Assembly: GCA_039586365.1 (NCBI GenBank)
Contig: JBDHKN010000005.1
Location: forward strand, 1 to 64,000
Direction of reading: 5' to 3'
Length of the DNA stretch: 64,000 nt
Source: Gemmatimonadota bacterium
Lineage (GTDB): Bacteria; Gemmatimonadota; Gemmatimonadetes; Gemmatimonadales; GWC2-71-9
Below the pieces are notes generated by a model. It was not told the DNA's origin, did no database searches, and saw only the letters and a program-made list of their open reading frames with translations. Positions 1 to 10,763 of this stretch are shown here, in pieces; position 1 is the stretch's first letter, and each line of letters opens with the position of its first letter. The translations under genes were made by a program, and so were the position numbers.

Positions 1-226
1 GGCCCCAGCCCGTAGATCCGCTAGAAATCGGCGGATTCCATCGTGGTATTCACTGGGCGGTTTCTTTGACATGCGAGCTACCCCTGCAAATGGTGCCACT
101 CAACCAGTCAACCCGATCGTGCCTGCCTCACCGCAAAAGGGGAGCAACGCCACGAATCCAGCTCATAAACTACGACTGCTACCGACGTCCTGCTAGCGGG
201 GGATGTCATGAAGCAGCCAGTAGCCA

Positions 227-3200
227 TCAGCCGCCAGCTCCCGGTCTCAGCTCTCTGCTCCCGCCGACATGCAGAATGCCTTTTTCCACCACCAGATCAT
301 TGAACTCCGCAATATCCTGTTCCCGCAACACCCGCATCTGGGACTGTGCGTCCCGCAATAACCCCTGCAGCCGCTCGTGCACCTCAAGTTGCTGTGTGGT
401 CGGCACGAAATCCGACCCACCGATATATCCAGCCAGGCTAGTGATCTTCGCATAGAGCTGCCGCGGCCAGCGCAGACGATCTTGACCAGCCATTCCTCCC
501 GACATTCTGAGATCTGTGAGGGTCATTTCGAAGTCGATCAGCTTCTGGTCGATTTCCTTCGCCGCAGCACGGACATCGTCACTGCCTTCCATGTCTCTCA
601 GCCGCTCGCTCAGGCGCATGACCTGGTCCCGCACCGATTCGGCTTCGTTGATGAGATCCACGACGGCGTTTGCCTCGTCACGCAACTCGAGCAGGACTGT
701 CAGCTGAGTGCGGATGTCGGCTGCCGAGCCGGTGGAACTGGGATCCTTCAGTACCACGAGAGGCTGGGTGAATTCCTCGTCGCCCACAATGAGCCGCACT
801 ACGTACTCACCCGGAGGAGCCAACGGTGCCACACGTCCTGTCTCACCGGCGGGTCGCCAACCGTCGTCACCGATGGGTACGTGGGAGTGCTCCAACACTT
901 TCGTACGCATCTTCGGTGTCTCGGAGGCTTCATAGCGCAGATCCCAGTGGACTCGGTTCAGGCCAGGTTCACTTGGCACGGAATTGAGACTCTGCACCTC
1001 CTCACCGCTCTCGTCCAGGATGCTCAGTTCAACTCCGCCCTCAGGCTTTCCCTTCAGATAGTAGTGAATGGACGCGCCATACTCCGGGTTGCGCCCGGCG
1101 CCGGGATCATCCGGTTGGCTCACTGGAGCCTCTTTGTTGCGGAACCGATACGCCGGGCGTGGTGCAAACAGGTGGGCATCGGTCGCCATCACCTCATTTG
1201 TGAGGTGCTGCAGAGGAGTGATATCGTCCAGGATCCAAAAGCCGCGCCCATATGTGGCCACGACCAAGTCGTTGAACTGCTCCTGAATCGTGAGCCAGTG
1301 TACCGGTGCGTGCGGCAGATTGGCTTGCAGCGGGACCCAATCGTCACCGTCGTTGAACGAAACATAGAGGGAGTTCTCAGTACCCAGATACAGCAGGCCG
1401 GGCCTCACCGGATCCTCCCGGACCACATGTACGTAGCTGAATACACTACGCGGTATGGTGGAGCTTAGCGACCTCCAGCTACTACCATAATCAGTCGTCT
1501 TGTAGGCGTACGGATCCGTGTTGTTGACTTGGTGGAAGTCCACGGAGATGTACGCCGTCCCGGCGTGGTGGCGAGATGGCTCGATATTGCTGATCGTGCC
1601 CCACGGTGGTAGGTCGGGGATGTTGTCGCTGACGTTCGTCCAGTTCGAGCCGCCGTCCCGCGTCACGTGCACCAGCCCATCGTTAGAACCGGTCCAGATC
1701 ACACCTTCCTCGACGGGTGACTCGGCAATGGCAAATAGCACCGCTGCGTAGGTCGGACTGGCGTCGTCTGGAGTGAGACCTCCTGTCTTTTGCTGCTTGC
1801 TCTTGTCATTGGTAGTGAGGTCGGGACTGATCACCGACCAACTGTGCCCCCCATCGGTCGTCTGATGCACGTACTGGCTACCCACGTACACCTTGGTGTG
1901 ATCGTGGGGTGAGATGGCGATTGGGAACGTCCACTGGAAGCGGTACTCGAGTGGTGCTGCTGGCCACCCCTCGGGATTGTCAGGCCACACGCTCACGTTG
2001 CGGGCATGCCCAGTTCTATGATCATACCGATCGAGGATCCCCTCGTAGCAGCCGGACCACACGATGTTGTTATCCACGGGATCCGGCACTGCGAAACCCG
2101 ACTCACATCCACCGACAGAGTGCCAGGCACCGATAGGTATCGTCGAGCCAGTAAGGCTGTTACTGGGACCGCGGTGCGAGGCTCCGTCTTGCCTGTTGCC
2201 GTAGACGAAATACGGAATCTGGTTGTCGGTGTAGCCGTGGTACATCTGGGCGATCGGCAAGCGTGGTCGCATCCAGCTCGATCCTCGTGTAGTTGAGATG
2301 CTAATGCCGCCGTCATTACCCACGACCATGCGGTCGGGGATCAGCGGATCAATCCACATGTCATGATTGTCACCGCCCGCCCCGCCACGCGCGATCGTAA
2401 GTCCGCCATCCAACGACGTCGTGTGCGACGTGGCAAGAAAATGAACCTCGTTGTGGTCATCGGGCGCCGCGACCACACGTGAGTAGTAGTGCGGGCGCTG
2501 GGCCAGCGTGTGATCACCGTTCACCATGCGCCACGACTCACCACCGTCATCCGATCGCCACAGCACTCCCTGATGATCGTCCAGTTCCGCGAATTCCCGG
2601 TTGGCGTTGGTTTCGATGAGTGCGAAGACACGGTCGGAATTGTCGGGCGACATCGCCAGGACAACCTTACCCAATGGTGGCCTGGGGAGGCCGCTTCCGC
2701 TCAAGTGTTTCCATGAGTCACCACCATCACGCGACATATAGAGCCCGCTCCCGGGACCACCGCTTTGCCGCCCCCAGGTCCAGATCACCATCTGCCACAT
2801 GCCTGCGAAGAGGATCCTCGGATTGTTGGGATCCATCACGATGTCCGACGCACCGGTATTCTCGTCGACGAAGAGCACACGCTCCCAGGTCTTCCCCCCG
2901 TCGGTCGTGCGAAAGACGCCCCGTTCCTCCTGCGGGCCATACAGGTGCCCCAACGCCGCCACGAACACAACGTCCGGGTCCGTTGGGTGGATGACGATGC
3001 GACTGATTCGACCTGTCCTTTCGAGCCCCATGTGGGACCACGTCTTCCCCCCGTCGGTCGACTTATAGATCCCGTTGCCGATAGAGACGTTGCTCCTGAT
3101 GTGTGCTTCGCCTGTGCCGGCCCACACGAAATTGGAATTGACGGGATCTATTGCCAGAGCGCCGATCGACGCCGCCGGCTGGTCGTCGAACACCGGTTCC

Positions 3201-3439
3201 CAATGCACACCACCGTCGACGCTCTTGAAGACGCCGCCAGACGCAGCGCCGAAGTAGTACGTGTTTGGATCGCCAGGAACACCAGCCACTGCGCTCACCC
3301 GGTTTCCGACCGGGCCAATATGACGGTATCCGAGCTGAGTGAAGAACTCGCCAGTCAACTGGCTGGCATCCTGCGGCCGAGCGACCGAAGCGACGCCGCT
3401 GCAAGCAACCAGCATGAGGGCCACACGTGTGAGAGACAT
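227..3439 (-). CDS. Secreted VPS10/BNR-repeat beta-propeller protein (glycosyl hydrolase/sialidase-like), 1070 aa
   Basis: Signal peptide; many Asp-box repeats (SVDGGVHW, STDGGKTW, TTDGGKTW, SRDGGDSW, SDDGGESW); C-terminal Ig-like region and coiled coil; AGGAGA upstream. Confidence 0.85.
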   Translation of the reverse strand: MSLTRVALMLVACSGVASVARPQDASQLTGEFFTQLGYRHIGPVGNRVSAVAGVPGDPNTYYFGAASGGVFKSVDGGVHWEPVFDDQPAASIGALAIDPVNSNFVWAGTGEAHIRSNVSIGNGIYKSTDGGKTWSHMGLERTGRISRIVIHPTDPDVVFVAALGHLYGPQEERGVFRTTDGGKTWERVLFVDENTGASDIVMDPNNPRILFAGMWQMVIWTWGRQSGGPGSGLYMSRDGGDSWKHLSGSGLPRPPLGKVVLAMSPDNSDRVFALIETNANREFAELDDHQGVLWRSDDGGESWRMVNGDHTLAQRPHYYSRVVAAPDDHNEVHFLATSHTTSLDGGLTIARGGAGGDNHDMWIDPLIPDRMVVGNDGGISISTTRGSSWMRPRLPIAQMYHGYTDNQIPYFVYGNRQDGASHRGPSNSLTGSTIPIGAWHSVGGCESGFAVPDPVDNNIVWSGCYEGILDRYDHRTGHARNVSVWPDNPEGWPAAPLEYRFQWTFPIAISPHDHTKVYVGSQYVHQTTDGGHSWSVISPDLTTNDKSKQQKTGGLTPDDASPTYAAVLFAIAESPVEEGVIWTGSNDGLVHVTRDGGSNWTNVSDNIPDLPPWGTISNIEPSRHHAGTAYISVDFHQVNNTDPYAYKTTDYGSSWRSLSSTIPRSVFSYVHVVREDPVRPGLLYLGTENSLYVSFNDGDDWVPLQANLPHAPVHWLTIQEQFNDLVVATYGRGFWILDDITPLQHLTNEVMATDAHLFAPRPAYRFRNKEAPVSQPDDPGAGRNPEYGASIHYYLKGKPEGGVELSILDESGEEVQSLNSVPSEPGLNRVHWDLRYEASETPKMRTKVLEHSHVPIGDDGWRPAGETGRVAPLAPPGEYVVRLIVGDEEFTQPLVVLKDPSSTGSAADIRTQLTVLLELRDEANAVVDLINEAESVRDQVMRLSERLRDMEGSDDVRAAAKEIDQKLIDFEMTLTDLRMSGGMAGQDRLRWPRQLYAKITSLAGYIGGSDFVPTTQQLEVHERLQGLLRDAQSQMRVLREQDIAEFNDLVVEKGILHVGGSRELRPGAGG

Positions 3440-3602
3440 TAGGAGAATCTCCTGGGTAAGCAGGTATCAACCTTCAGCCAGCAATCAGCCAGCAGTTGTC
3501 AGTGATCAGTGATCATTGCGTCGTTAGATACCGGCTGTCAGGGTAACGCGCAAGGAAACGGAACTACCCCTTGCCACATGGTGCTATGTCATCTTATTCC
3601 TG

Positions 3603-4829
3603 GTGATGCCAAACATGGTACTTTCCCGCGCGCAGTTCCGCCTCGCCAGGAACCGCAACGCTGACCGCTCTGAGTCAGCCCATCAGTCACTCCGCGAGCT
3701 CCTGGATCCAGCATTCACAGCAGCCGTACGCAGCGAGATCCGCTCATGGCCCGGCTATGCGGCGACCCCCCTGGTCGACCTGACTGGAGTAGCGCGAGCT
3801 GTGGGGGTTGCGAAGATCTGGTATAAGGACGAAGGTCGGCGCTTTGGGGTGGGCAGCTTCAAACCACTGGGCGGTGGCTACGCCGTGGCACGGATCGCTG
3901 CCCGTCATGTGATGCGTACGACCGGCCTGGATCGTCTGTCCTCGGTGGAACTGCTGAGCGATAGATACCGCGAGATTGCATCACAGACTACGGTGACTTG
4001 CGCAACCGATGGCAACCACGGGCGAGCCGTGGCGTGGGCAGCACACAAGTTCGGCTGTCGGGCCGTAGTGTACATGGCATCGATTGTCAGCCCGTTGCGC
4101 GAACAGGCCATTCAGTCGTTTGGCGCGGGGACGATTCGCAGCCAGGGCACTCACGAGGATGCGGCGCGTGAATCACGCGAGGTTGCGCAGCAAAATGGCT
4201 GGTTCGTGGTCTCAGAGACTGAGAATGCGACCGAGCCGCAGATCGCATTTGATACCCTCGCCGGCTATACCACGCTGTTGGACGAAATCGCGTCACAGCT
4301 CCCCGACGATCGGCCGCCGACGCACATGTTCGTGCAGGCCGGAGTGGGTGGGCTGGCCGCCACCGCAGCCTGCTACGGAGCCGCCCGTTGGGGAACTGCC
4401 CGACCTGTCCTGGTAGTGGTCGAGGCCTTGAACGCCGACTGCATCCTGCGCAGCCTCGAGCGGGGCAAGCCCGTGGCAGTCGGAGGAGAACTCGACACGA
4501 TCATGGCCGGCCTTGCAGCCGGTGAAACGTCGGGGTACGCGTGGAGATCACTCCGCGTCGGCGCGGGCTTTGGTATGAGCATTCCGGACGGAGCGGCAGT
4601 CGAGACGATGCGGCTCTTGGCGGATGCTCCCTATGGCGACCAGCCGGTGGTGGCGGGCGAGTCCGGCGTGGCAGGCTTGGCGGCGACCCTGCTCGCGACC
4701 CAAGACGAAAACTCCCGTGAACTAGTTGGGTTGGACGAGACATCTAGAATCGTGACGATCGGGACAGAGGGTGCGACCGATCCGGCCGTCTACGAGCGAC
4801 TGGTGGGGCGTCCGCCTGGCGTGCCGTAA
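3603..4829 (+). CDS. dpaL: Diaminopropionate ammonia-lyase (PLP fold II)
   Basis: YAATPL, KDEGRRFGVGSFKPLGG (PLP Lys), ATDGNHGRAVAW, QAGVGGLA, TIMAGLA, GESG, TEGATDP motifs; exact start uncertain. Confidence 0.85.
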   Translation: MMPNMVLSRAQFRLARNRNADRSESAHQSLRELLDPAFTAAVRSEIRSWPGYAATPLVDLTGVARAVGVAKIWYKDEGRRFGVGSFKPLGGGYAVARIAARHVMRTTGLDRLSSVELLSDRYREIASQTTVTCATDGNHGRAVAWAAHKFGCRAVVYMASIVSPLREQAIQSFGAGTIRSQGTHEDAARESREVAQQNGWFVVSETENATEPQIAFDTLAGYTTLLDEIASQLPDDRPPTHMFVQAGVGGLAATAACYGAARWGTARPVLVVVEALNADCILRSLERGKPVAVGGELDTIMAGLAAGETSGYAWRSLRVGAGFGMSIPDGAAVETMRLLADAPYGDQPVVAGESGVAGLAATLLATQDENSRELVGLDETSRIVTIGTEGATDPAVYERLVGRPPGVP

Positions 4830-4883
4830 CCCAACCTTACGGCAGCTGGCGGGCACGGGTACCTCTGCACATGGAGGAATAAA

Positions 4884-5195
4884 GTGGATGATGACGGCGT
4901 GATGTTACCACGCTTTCACCTGCGGTCGGATGAAGAGCTGGTCGTAGGCCTCGACCTCGACGAGTCTGGGGAGTCGTGGAACCTGCGTTTCGAGCTCCTG
5001 TTACAGGTCAGCGACAAGATGGTGCACAGATATGGACCCGTCTGGATCGATCCCGCAGCTGTCCAGGCCGTTGAACCCGACAAGCTGGAAGAGATGATTC
5101 GAACCAGGTTGGCGGAGTCAGGCTTTGCCTCGGAGCCTCTCGAGTCCGACAGCGATGAACCCGATCCCCAACGACCAATCGTTCCGAGTGCGTAG
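4884..5195 (+). CDS. Hypothetical acidic protein, 103 aa
   Basis: GGAGG RBS before GTG; lies in series between dpaL and the YkgJ-family gene. Confidence 0.5.
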   Translation: MDDDGVMLPRFHLRSDEELVVGLDLDESGESWNLRFELLLQVSDKMVHRYGPVWIDPAAVQAVEPDKLEEMIRTRLAESGFASEPLESDSDEPDPQRPIVPSA

Positions 5196-5634
5196 CGAAC
5201 TCTGGTACAGAGATGGCTTGCGCTTCCGCTGCATGCGCTGCGGCAACTGCTGTGGCGGCGGTCCCGGTACCATCAGGGTGACCGACGGTGAGATCCGTGC
5301 TCTCGCCGAGCATCTCCACATAGCGTGCACAGAGTTTCGAGAACGCTACGCACGCGACGTCGGCGATCGCTACGTCAGCCTACGTGAGAAACCCAACTAC
5401 AACTGCATCTTCTATGACGAGGATGCCGGCTGCACGGTATATGCGGCTCGCCCGCGGCAGTGCCGAACGTGGCCATTCTGGCGTGGCGTCGTAGCATCCC
5501 GACAGCGTTGGGTCGAAACCGGCGAGGAATGCCCGGGCATCAACCAAGGACCGCTCTACAGCGCTGGGTACATCGAGCGTACCAGCACCAACGACGGAAC
5601 CCTTGGCACCGCCCGTAGGCTGGAGAGGATTTGA
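5155..5634 (+). CDS. YkgJ-family cysteine cluster (putative Fe-S/Zn) protein
   Basis: WYRDGLRFRCMRCGNCC, CIFY, CTVYAARPRQCRTWPFW, CPG; start is ATG 5155 or GTG 5188. Confidence 0.85.
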   Translation: MNPIPNDQSFRVRSELWYRDGLRFRCMRCGNCCGGGPGTIRVTDGEIRALAEHLHIACTEFRERYARDVGDRYVSLREKPNYNCIFYDEDAGCTVYAARPRQCRTWPFWRGVVASRQRWVETGEECPGINQGPLYSAGYIERTSTNDGTLGTARRLERI

Positions 5635-5678
5635 TGAGCCGTGAGTTGCGGTATCCCCAACCTGAGCAACACAGGGGG

Positions 5679-6077
5679 TCACCTCTCTGAGGTCCGAGGA
5701 ACCTCATTCACCAACGCCAGCAGATTCCCTTCGGAATCCCTCAAAAAGGCCATCCACAGATCGTGACTGTCGGTCCTATGTACTATGCCCGGCGGCTGCT
5801 CGAATTTCACTCCACAACCAGCAAGGCTCTCATGCGCGGCGTCAATGTCGGTCACCTTGTAGTAGATGAGCGACGCCGGATGGTCCAGCTCCGGCCGGTC
5901 TGGCAGTCCCAGCATCAGCCTCACATCACCGCATTGAAAGAACGCCATGTTGGAAGCATCGAAGAGAAACTGCATGCCGAGTGTGTCGCGGTAGAACGCG
6001 ACAGCCCGCTCGAGGTTGTGGACGTTCACAGCGATCTGTCCGATCCCTGTAATGCGATAGTCCGGAGATCCGCTCAT
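5679..6077 (-). CDS. VOC (glyoxalase/bleomycin resistance) family protein
   Basis: IGQIAVNVHNLERAVAFYRDTLG...AFLRDSEGNLLAL. Confidence 0.9.
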   Translation of the reverse strand: MSGSPDYRITGIGQIAVNVHNLERAVAFYRDTLGMQFLFDASNMAFFQCGDVRLMLGLPDRPELDHPASLIYYKVTDIDAAHESLAGCGVKFEQPPGIVHRTDSHDLWMAFLRDSEGNLLALVNEVPRTSER

Positions 6078-6120
6078 CTAGTCATCTCCCAAGAGTGGTA
6101 GCTGACGCCGCGCGTTACAC

Positions 6121-8601
6121 TCAACCACCGCGCTCGCTATCCAGAATCCGGTCGATTCGGGCAACCACATCTTCCAGGTGATACCGTGTGGCCCGGTCTC
6201 CACTCCGGCGTGCTGCTCTATCCGACTCCTCACGCAACTCCTCGAGTTGACCGCGCACGAACGGGCGGATATCTGATTGGCTCACGTCCACGGGTGGTCC
6301 CGCACTGAAGGGACCAGCGGGCGACTGCACTTCCTCTGTCATTAGGAACTCTAGTCGCTCCAGATAGCCACGCTGCAAGTTGCGACGGTATGTGTCGATC
6401 GGTTCCGCGGCAGCAAGCTCACGCCAGACACCCTGTTTGACGTCGGCCATGAACTCGAGGAGCCCGTATGCAACGTCGGGCTGGAACACCTCCGCCTCGA
6501 TCAACCGCTGCATGCGGGAGGGATCGAACAGTTGCCCCAACCGTCTCACTTGGAGATTCCGGACTCTATCCACGGCGCCGGTGTGCTCGATACGCTTGAG
6601 GATCTCGGGCTCATTGAGCCACGTAGGGGTCTCAAAGACCTGCGCGATCAGGAATTGCACCGCCTCTCGTTGCCTCGCACGTGGCACGATCTCAAAGACC
6701 ACACCAAGCTGGTCACTCGTCTTGATATCCCGATAGGTACCACCTACGACTGTCAGCACGTGGCCTATGTAGCGGTTCCACTGGGATACCAGTTCACCAT
6801 AGAGTTCCTCGAGATCACTGTAGTCTTGCCCATCCGTCGAGGTCCACCGAATCAAGTTTGGCACGACCCGCTTGAGGTTCTCAATTGCGTAGCCACTGGC
6901 CCTGACCGGATCATCACCCAGGTCCTCGGTTTGCGTGCGAGGATCGACTGCTCCCCCGCTCTGTGGGCTGAAGCGGTACAATGGATCACCGGCTCGCTCG
7001 AGTATCCACCGATCCAAGGTCGACTTCTCCTCATCAGGTGTGGCGGCTCCTGGAATGACTCGATAGCCCCAGTTGATGACGTAGTTGTCGTAGGGACCGA
7101 GCATTCGAATGAAACGGATGTCGCCATCACCGGGTTGGGCGATGTAGTTCTGCCGAGCGTAGTCCATGATAGTAGCTGCAATACCCATCCGCTGCGTAAA
7201 GCTGGGTGACCTCAACGAGTCCACCGGATATGCAGAGCTCGCCATCATGTTGTGTGGCAGTCCCAGCGCATGGCCGATCTCGTGTGCGATCACCGCACGC
7301 ATCGCCTCACCCATGAGCTCGTCGTCCAGCTTGAGGGATCGCGCCCTTGGGTTCGCCGCCCCCGTCTCGATCATCAGTCGATTGCGATATGAGCGCATGT
7401 GGTTGTGGTACCACATGATGTCACTCTCGATGATCTCACCTGAACGCGGATCCGACACACTCGGACCCATGGCATTGCGAGTCATACTCGCTACCCATCG
7501 TACGGTAGAATAGCGCACATCTTCAGGGCTGAACTCCGGATCTTCCTCAGCGCCGGGAGAATACCGCGCGATGATCGCATTCTTGAAACCAGCCGCCTCA
7601 AACGCTGGCTGCCAGTCTTCCACTCCCTGCTTCACGTAGGGACGCCACTTTTCTGGGGTTGCTGGATCGAGGTAGTACACGATCGGCTTGACCGGCTCAA
7701 CCAGCTCTCCCCGCGCATATGCCTGAGGATCCTTCGGCTCGAGCCGCCAACGACGCAGATATGTCCGGCTGGCAGCCTTCTGCTCGTCCAACCCGAAGTC
7801 GATCTGCTCTATAGTGAACCAGCCCACCCGCGGGTCTGCCACGCGTGGACGCATCGGCTCCTTGGGCAACAACACCATCGTCTGATGCATCTGCAACGAG
7901 ATCGTCCCAGTCTGAACGTTGGTGGGAGGCTCAGTGGCTTCGAATGTGAGTGTGTGGCGCACGTCCACGTTGAGCGGATAACTACGCGCGTAGTCGATGA
8001 ACGTACGGTCGGGATCAAGGCGACGAACCTTGAACCGATCTCTCAAGCTCTGCGAGAGACCGCTGATCGCGCGAGTGTCTTGCTCGAACAACCCCGTTAC
8101 CTCAATGACAACAGCACTGTCATTCGGATGGAAGGTTTCGATCGCCGCAGCGTGAACGATGGGCGGGAAGTTGTTGACCTGTACGGATTGGGATATCGCC
8201 AGAGTGTCGCTAGCGACACTCTGATAGGAGATAGTGCGGAGCAGCACCTTGTCACCTGTTCGCTCCCAGCGAACCATCTGCTCTGCGACCTTGCTGCCAG
8301 CATTGAGAAATGGACTGAGGTTGGAAGGAGCCTGCGCGATGCGGCTGATCAGCAGCATGTCCCGGCCCAGTAGACTGTCCGCTATCTCGTAGTACAGCTT
8401 CTCGTCCACTTGGTGAACGGTGAAGAGACCCCAATCTGAGACCGCCGCTTCGGTTATGACGTTACTGTAGGCCTTGACGCCCGGCCTGTCGGGTTGTTGG
8501 ACCCGAGGTGTCGGGGCAGTAGGGGTGGTCCCTCGAGCTGATGCACATGCAGTGATACCCGCGGATACAAGAGCTAGTGAAAGAAGCACAGCAGTCTTCA
8601 T
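6121..8601 (-). CDS. Zinc-dependent metalloprotease lipoprotein (metzincin; DUF5118/DUF5117/DUF4953 type)
   Basis: HEIGHALGLPH zinc motif, IMDY Met-turn, DPRSGEI, lipobox-like ITAC. Confidence 0.9.
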   Translation of the reverse strand: MKTAVLLSLALVSAGITACASARGTTPTAPTPRVQQPDRPGVKAYSNVITEAAVSDWGLFTVHQVDEKLYYEIADSLLGRDMLLISRIAQAPSNLSPFLNAGSKVAEQMVRWERTGDKVLLRTISYQSVASDTLAISQSVQVNNFPPIVHAAAIETFHPNDSAVVIEVTGLFEQDTRAISGLSQSLRDRFKVRRLDPDRTFIDYARSYPLNVDVRHTLTFEATEPPTNVQTGTISLQMHQTMVLLPKEPMRPRVADPRVGWFTIEQIDFGLDEQKAASRTYLRRWRLEPKDPQAYARGELVEPVKPIVYYLDPATPEKWRPYVKQGVEDWQPAFEAAGFKNAIIARYSPGAEEDPEFSPEDVRYSTVRWVASMTRNAMGPSVSDPRSGEIIESDIMWYHNHMRSYRNRLMIETGAANPRARSLKLDDELMGEAMRAVIAHEIGHALGLPHNMMASSAYPVDSLRSPSFTQRMGIAATIMDYARQNYIAQPGDGDIRFIRMLGPYDNYVINWGYRVIPGAATPDEEKSTLDRWILERAGDPLYRFSPQSGGAVDPRTQTEDLGDDPVRASGYAIENLKRVVPNLIRWTSTDGQDYSDLEELYGELVSQWNRYIGHVLTVVGGTYRDIKTSDQLGVVFEIVPRARQREAVQFLIAQVFETPTWLNEPEILKRIEHTGAVDRVRNLQVRRLGQLFDPSRMQRLIEAEVFQPDVAYGLLEFMADVKQGVWRELAAAEPIDTYRRNLQRGYLERLEFLMTEEVQSPAGPFSAGPPVDVSQSDIRPFVRGQLEELREESDRAARRSGDRATRYHLEDVVARIDRILDSERGG

Positions 8602-8646
8602 GATTCAATCCTGAGTTGTCGTGAACACATACGCCAGATGGTACGA

Positions 8647-10287
8647 CTAGTGCCGTACCCCCACGGCACTGCCGGCCCAACGAGGATCGGCGACGCCAAC
8701 GTACTCTCCGGTCGCAGGGTCGTATTCGATTCCGTGAATCATCGCAAAATACGAAGCAGACAATCGGGCTTCCGGATTGACCCCGTAGCTCCGCAGCTCG
8801 GCCACTACCGACGCGGGCCAAGACGCCTGGTCGCGCATCTCGAGATAGACGGTCTCGGGTGTCGCATGAAATCGCGGTTCGGCCATTGCATCCGCCAGAG
8901 GTAGACCCTGGTCCACTATGCGGCTCACGACCGCCACTAGCGCTGAGATAATTCGCCGCGCTCCCGCGGCCCCAAGTACATACAGTGGTCGGTCGTCCTG
9001 CATTACGAGGAGTGGCGACTGCGACGAAAACGGACGCTCCCCAGGCTCCAGCTCGCCTAGATAACCCATGGTCGCCGCATAGACAAAACCAAGACCCGAC
9101 GTTGCCACCTTTGACCCCATTGTGGGCCCTACCGACTGGGTCAACGCTACGAGCCAACCTTCGGCGTCCGCTGTCGAGAGGTGGGTCGTGAAGGGTGGCT
9201 CCCAGACTGCCGAAGTGAGTGCACCACCAACCATCGATCCCACCGTCACCGCTGCCGGGTCACGTACCTGAGCTGCACGCGAAGCCGCCCACTCTTCGGA
9301 CACGATCGTACGAGCATGCTGCTCCGGCGGACCCAAGTCGGCAACGCGATCTTCAAACGATAGCAGCAGCGCCTGAGCCAACAACGCCAGCCACTCGGCA
9401 GATCCAGTCCGACCGGTCAAGTCGAATTGCTCCAGAATGTGCAGTGCCTCAATGGTGGTTGCCCCGGATGCCGGCAGGTAGGTACCGACGAGGTCGTAGC
9501 CGCGGTAGTGACCCCGCACCACCAACGCAGAGTCAGCTCGATATGTCGCCAAATCACCGAGCGTGACCGACCCACCGTTCCGCTCCATGTCCACCGCGAT
9601 ACTCTCGGCGATCCAGCCTCGATAGAATACAGCTGCTCCCCCCTGGGCAATGGCTCGGAGCACACGAGCGAGATCTGGTTGCACGAGCCGATCACCGACC
9701 TGGTAGGCGGAACCATCGGGTTTCAGAAAGTGGCGGCGCGCACCCTCAGATTCACGCAGTTGGCCAGCCACACCTGCAATACGACTGGGTTCGCCAGCGG
9801 ACAAGACAAATCCCTCCTCCGCCAACTGAACGGCAGGTGCTATCAGATCAGCGAGTGGAAGTGAGCCGTACAAGTCGGTGGCCTCCACAAGAGCTGCGAC
9901 TGTACCTGGAATGCCGATCGTACGATAGCCATACGCGTCTTGATCCGCTTCAAGGCTAGCAGCAGGTGCACTTGCCGGCACCTCCGTGGTCCCGTCGATC
10001 CCCACAAAGTCACCGCCAGGTGTCCGGATGAGCATCTGGGTGCGGCCTCCCAGACTCGACATGGATGGCTCCACCACTGCCAGAACGAAGGCGGTCGCCA
10101 CTGCCGCGTCGACTGCGTTCCCACCCGACTCGAGAATCAATCTCCCGGCATCTGTCGCGAGGGCTGCTCCGCTCACGACCATGCCATCTGTCGAGCGAGC
10201 GATCTGCTGTGGCGCTTCGGACCCACGCTGACAGGCAGCCGCCAACACCGTCGCGACGCCAATGCTGATGTTCCTAACAAACCCCAC
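8647..10287 (-). CDS. ggt: Gamma-glutamyltransferase family lipoprotein
   Basis: GGNAVDAAVA, VVEP, IPG, TTHLS (Ntn nucleophile Thr), ADPR; lipobox LAAAC. Confidence 0.85.
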   Translation of the reverse strand: MGFVRNISIGVATVLAAACQRGSEAPQQIARSTDGMVVSGAALATDAGRLILESGGNAVDAAVATAFVLAVVEPSMSSLGGRTQMLIRTPGGDFVGIDGTTEVPASAPAASLEADQDAYGYRTIGIPGTVAALVEATDLYGSLPLADLIAPAVQLAEEGFVLSAGEPSRIAGVAGQLRESEGARRHFLKPDGSAYQVGDRLVQPDLARVLRAIAQGGAAVFYRGWIAESIAVDMERNGGSVTLGDLATYRADSALVVRGHYRGYDLVGTYLPASGATTIEALHILEQFDLTGRTGSAEWLALLAQALLLSFEDRVADLGPPEQHARTIVSEEWAASRAAQVRDPAAVTVGSMVGGALTSAVWEPPFTTHLSTADAEGWLVALTQSVGPTMGSKVATSGLGFVYAATMGYLGELEPGERPFSSQSPLLVMQDDRPLYVLGAAGARRIISALVAVVSRIVDQGLPLADAMAEPRFHATPETVYLEMRDQASWPASVVAELRSYGVNPEARLSASYFAMIHGIEYDPATGEYVGVADPRWAGSAVGVRH

Positions 10288-10289
10288 TG

Positions 10290-10574
10290 CTAGTCCTCCC
10301 GTGAGGGACGTCTTATCGGGCGACCTGGAGCGGCCCCGGTGACAAACTCCCCTGCGTCCAACACCACCGTTCCGTTCACAAGCACGTAGTGCACTACTTC
10401 TGAGTACTGTGCCGAGTTCAGGTGAGTAGCCCGACCGATGATCGTTGTGGGATCAAAGACGGTGATGAGCCGGTCCTCGCTGCCCTGCAGAGCTTCCTCC
10501 AGCTCCGTAACTCGTGCCCGGGACCCTGCTAACTCGGCAATCAGTTCCTGCTTTGTCTTCCGCTCATCCTTCAT
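10290..10574 (-). pseudogene. Chimeric 94-aa remnant: sensor-kinase-type N-terminal coiled coil fused to the C-terminus of an N-acyl-D-amino-acid deacylase (amidohydrolase)
   Basis: MKDERKTKQELIAEL...EEALQGSEDR joined directly to ITVFDPTTIIGRAT...YVLVNGTVVLD...APGRPIRR; neither part is a complete domain. Confidence 0.6.
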
Positions 10575-10763
10575 GAGATCAGCCCTCTGCCGTCCTTTAC
10601 CGCCTTTTCCCGCCCTTGTCGATTACAATAGAAGCACAGTTGCCGGCGGACGCCAACTCGTGCCACCGTAGCGACTGCGCCATCCAGCTGCTACTTTCGG
10701 CCAGCCCAGGCCGGTGATGGCGAAAATCCCGATACTCTGTCATGGCAAATCCCTGGAGCCAAC

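Noticed and set aside
377..1468. Long antisense ORFs (also 12940-13794, 19622-20722, 39296-40120, 49513-50493)
   Set aside because: Shadow frames opposite well-supported genes in GC-rich DNA, with no recognisable motifs
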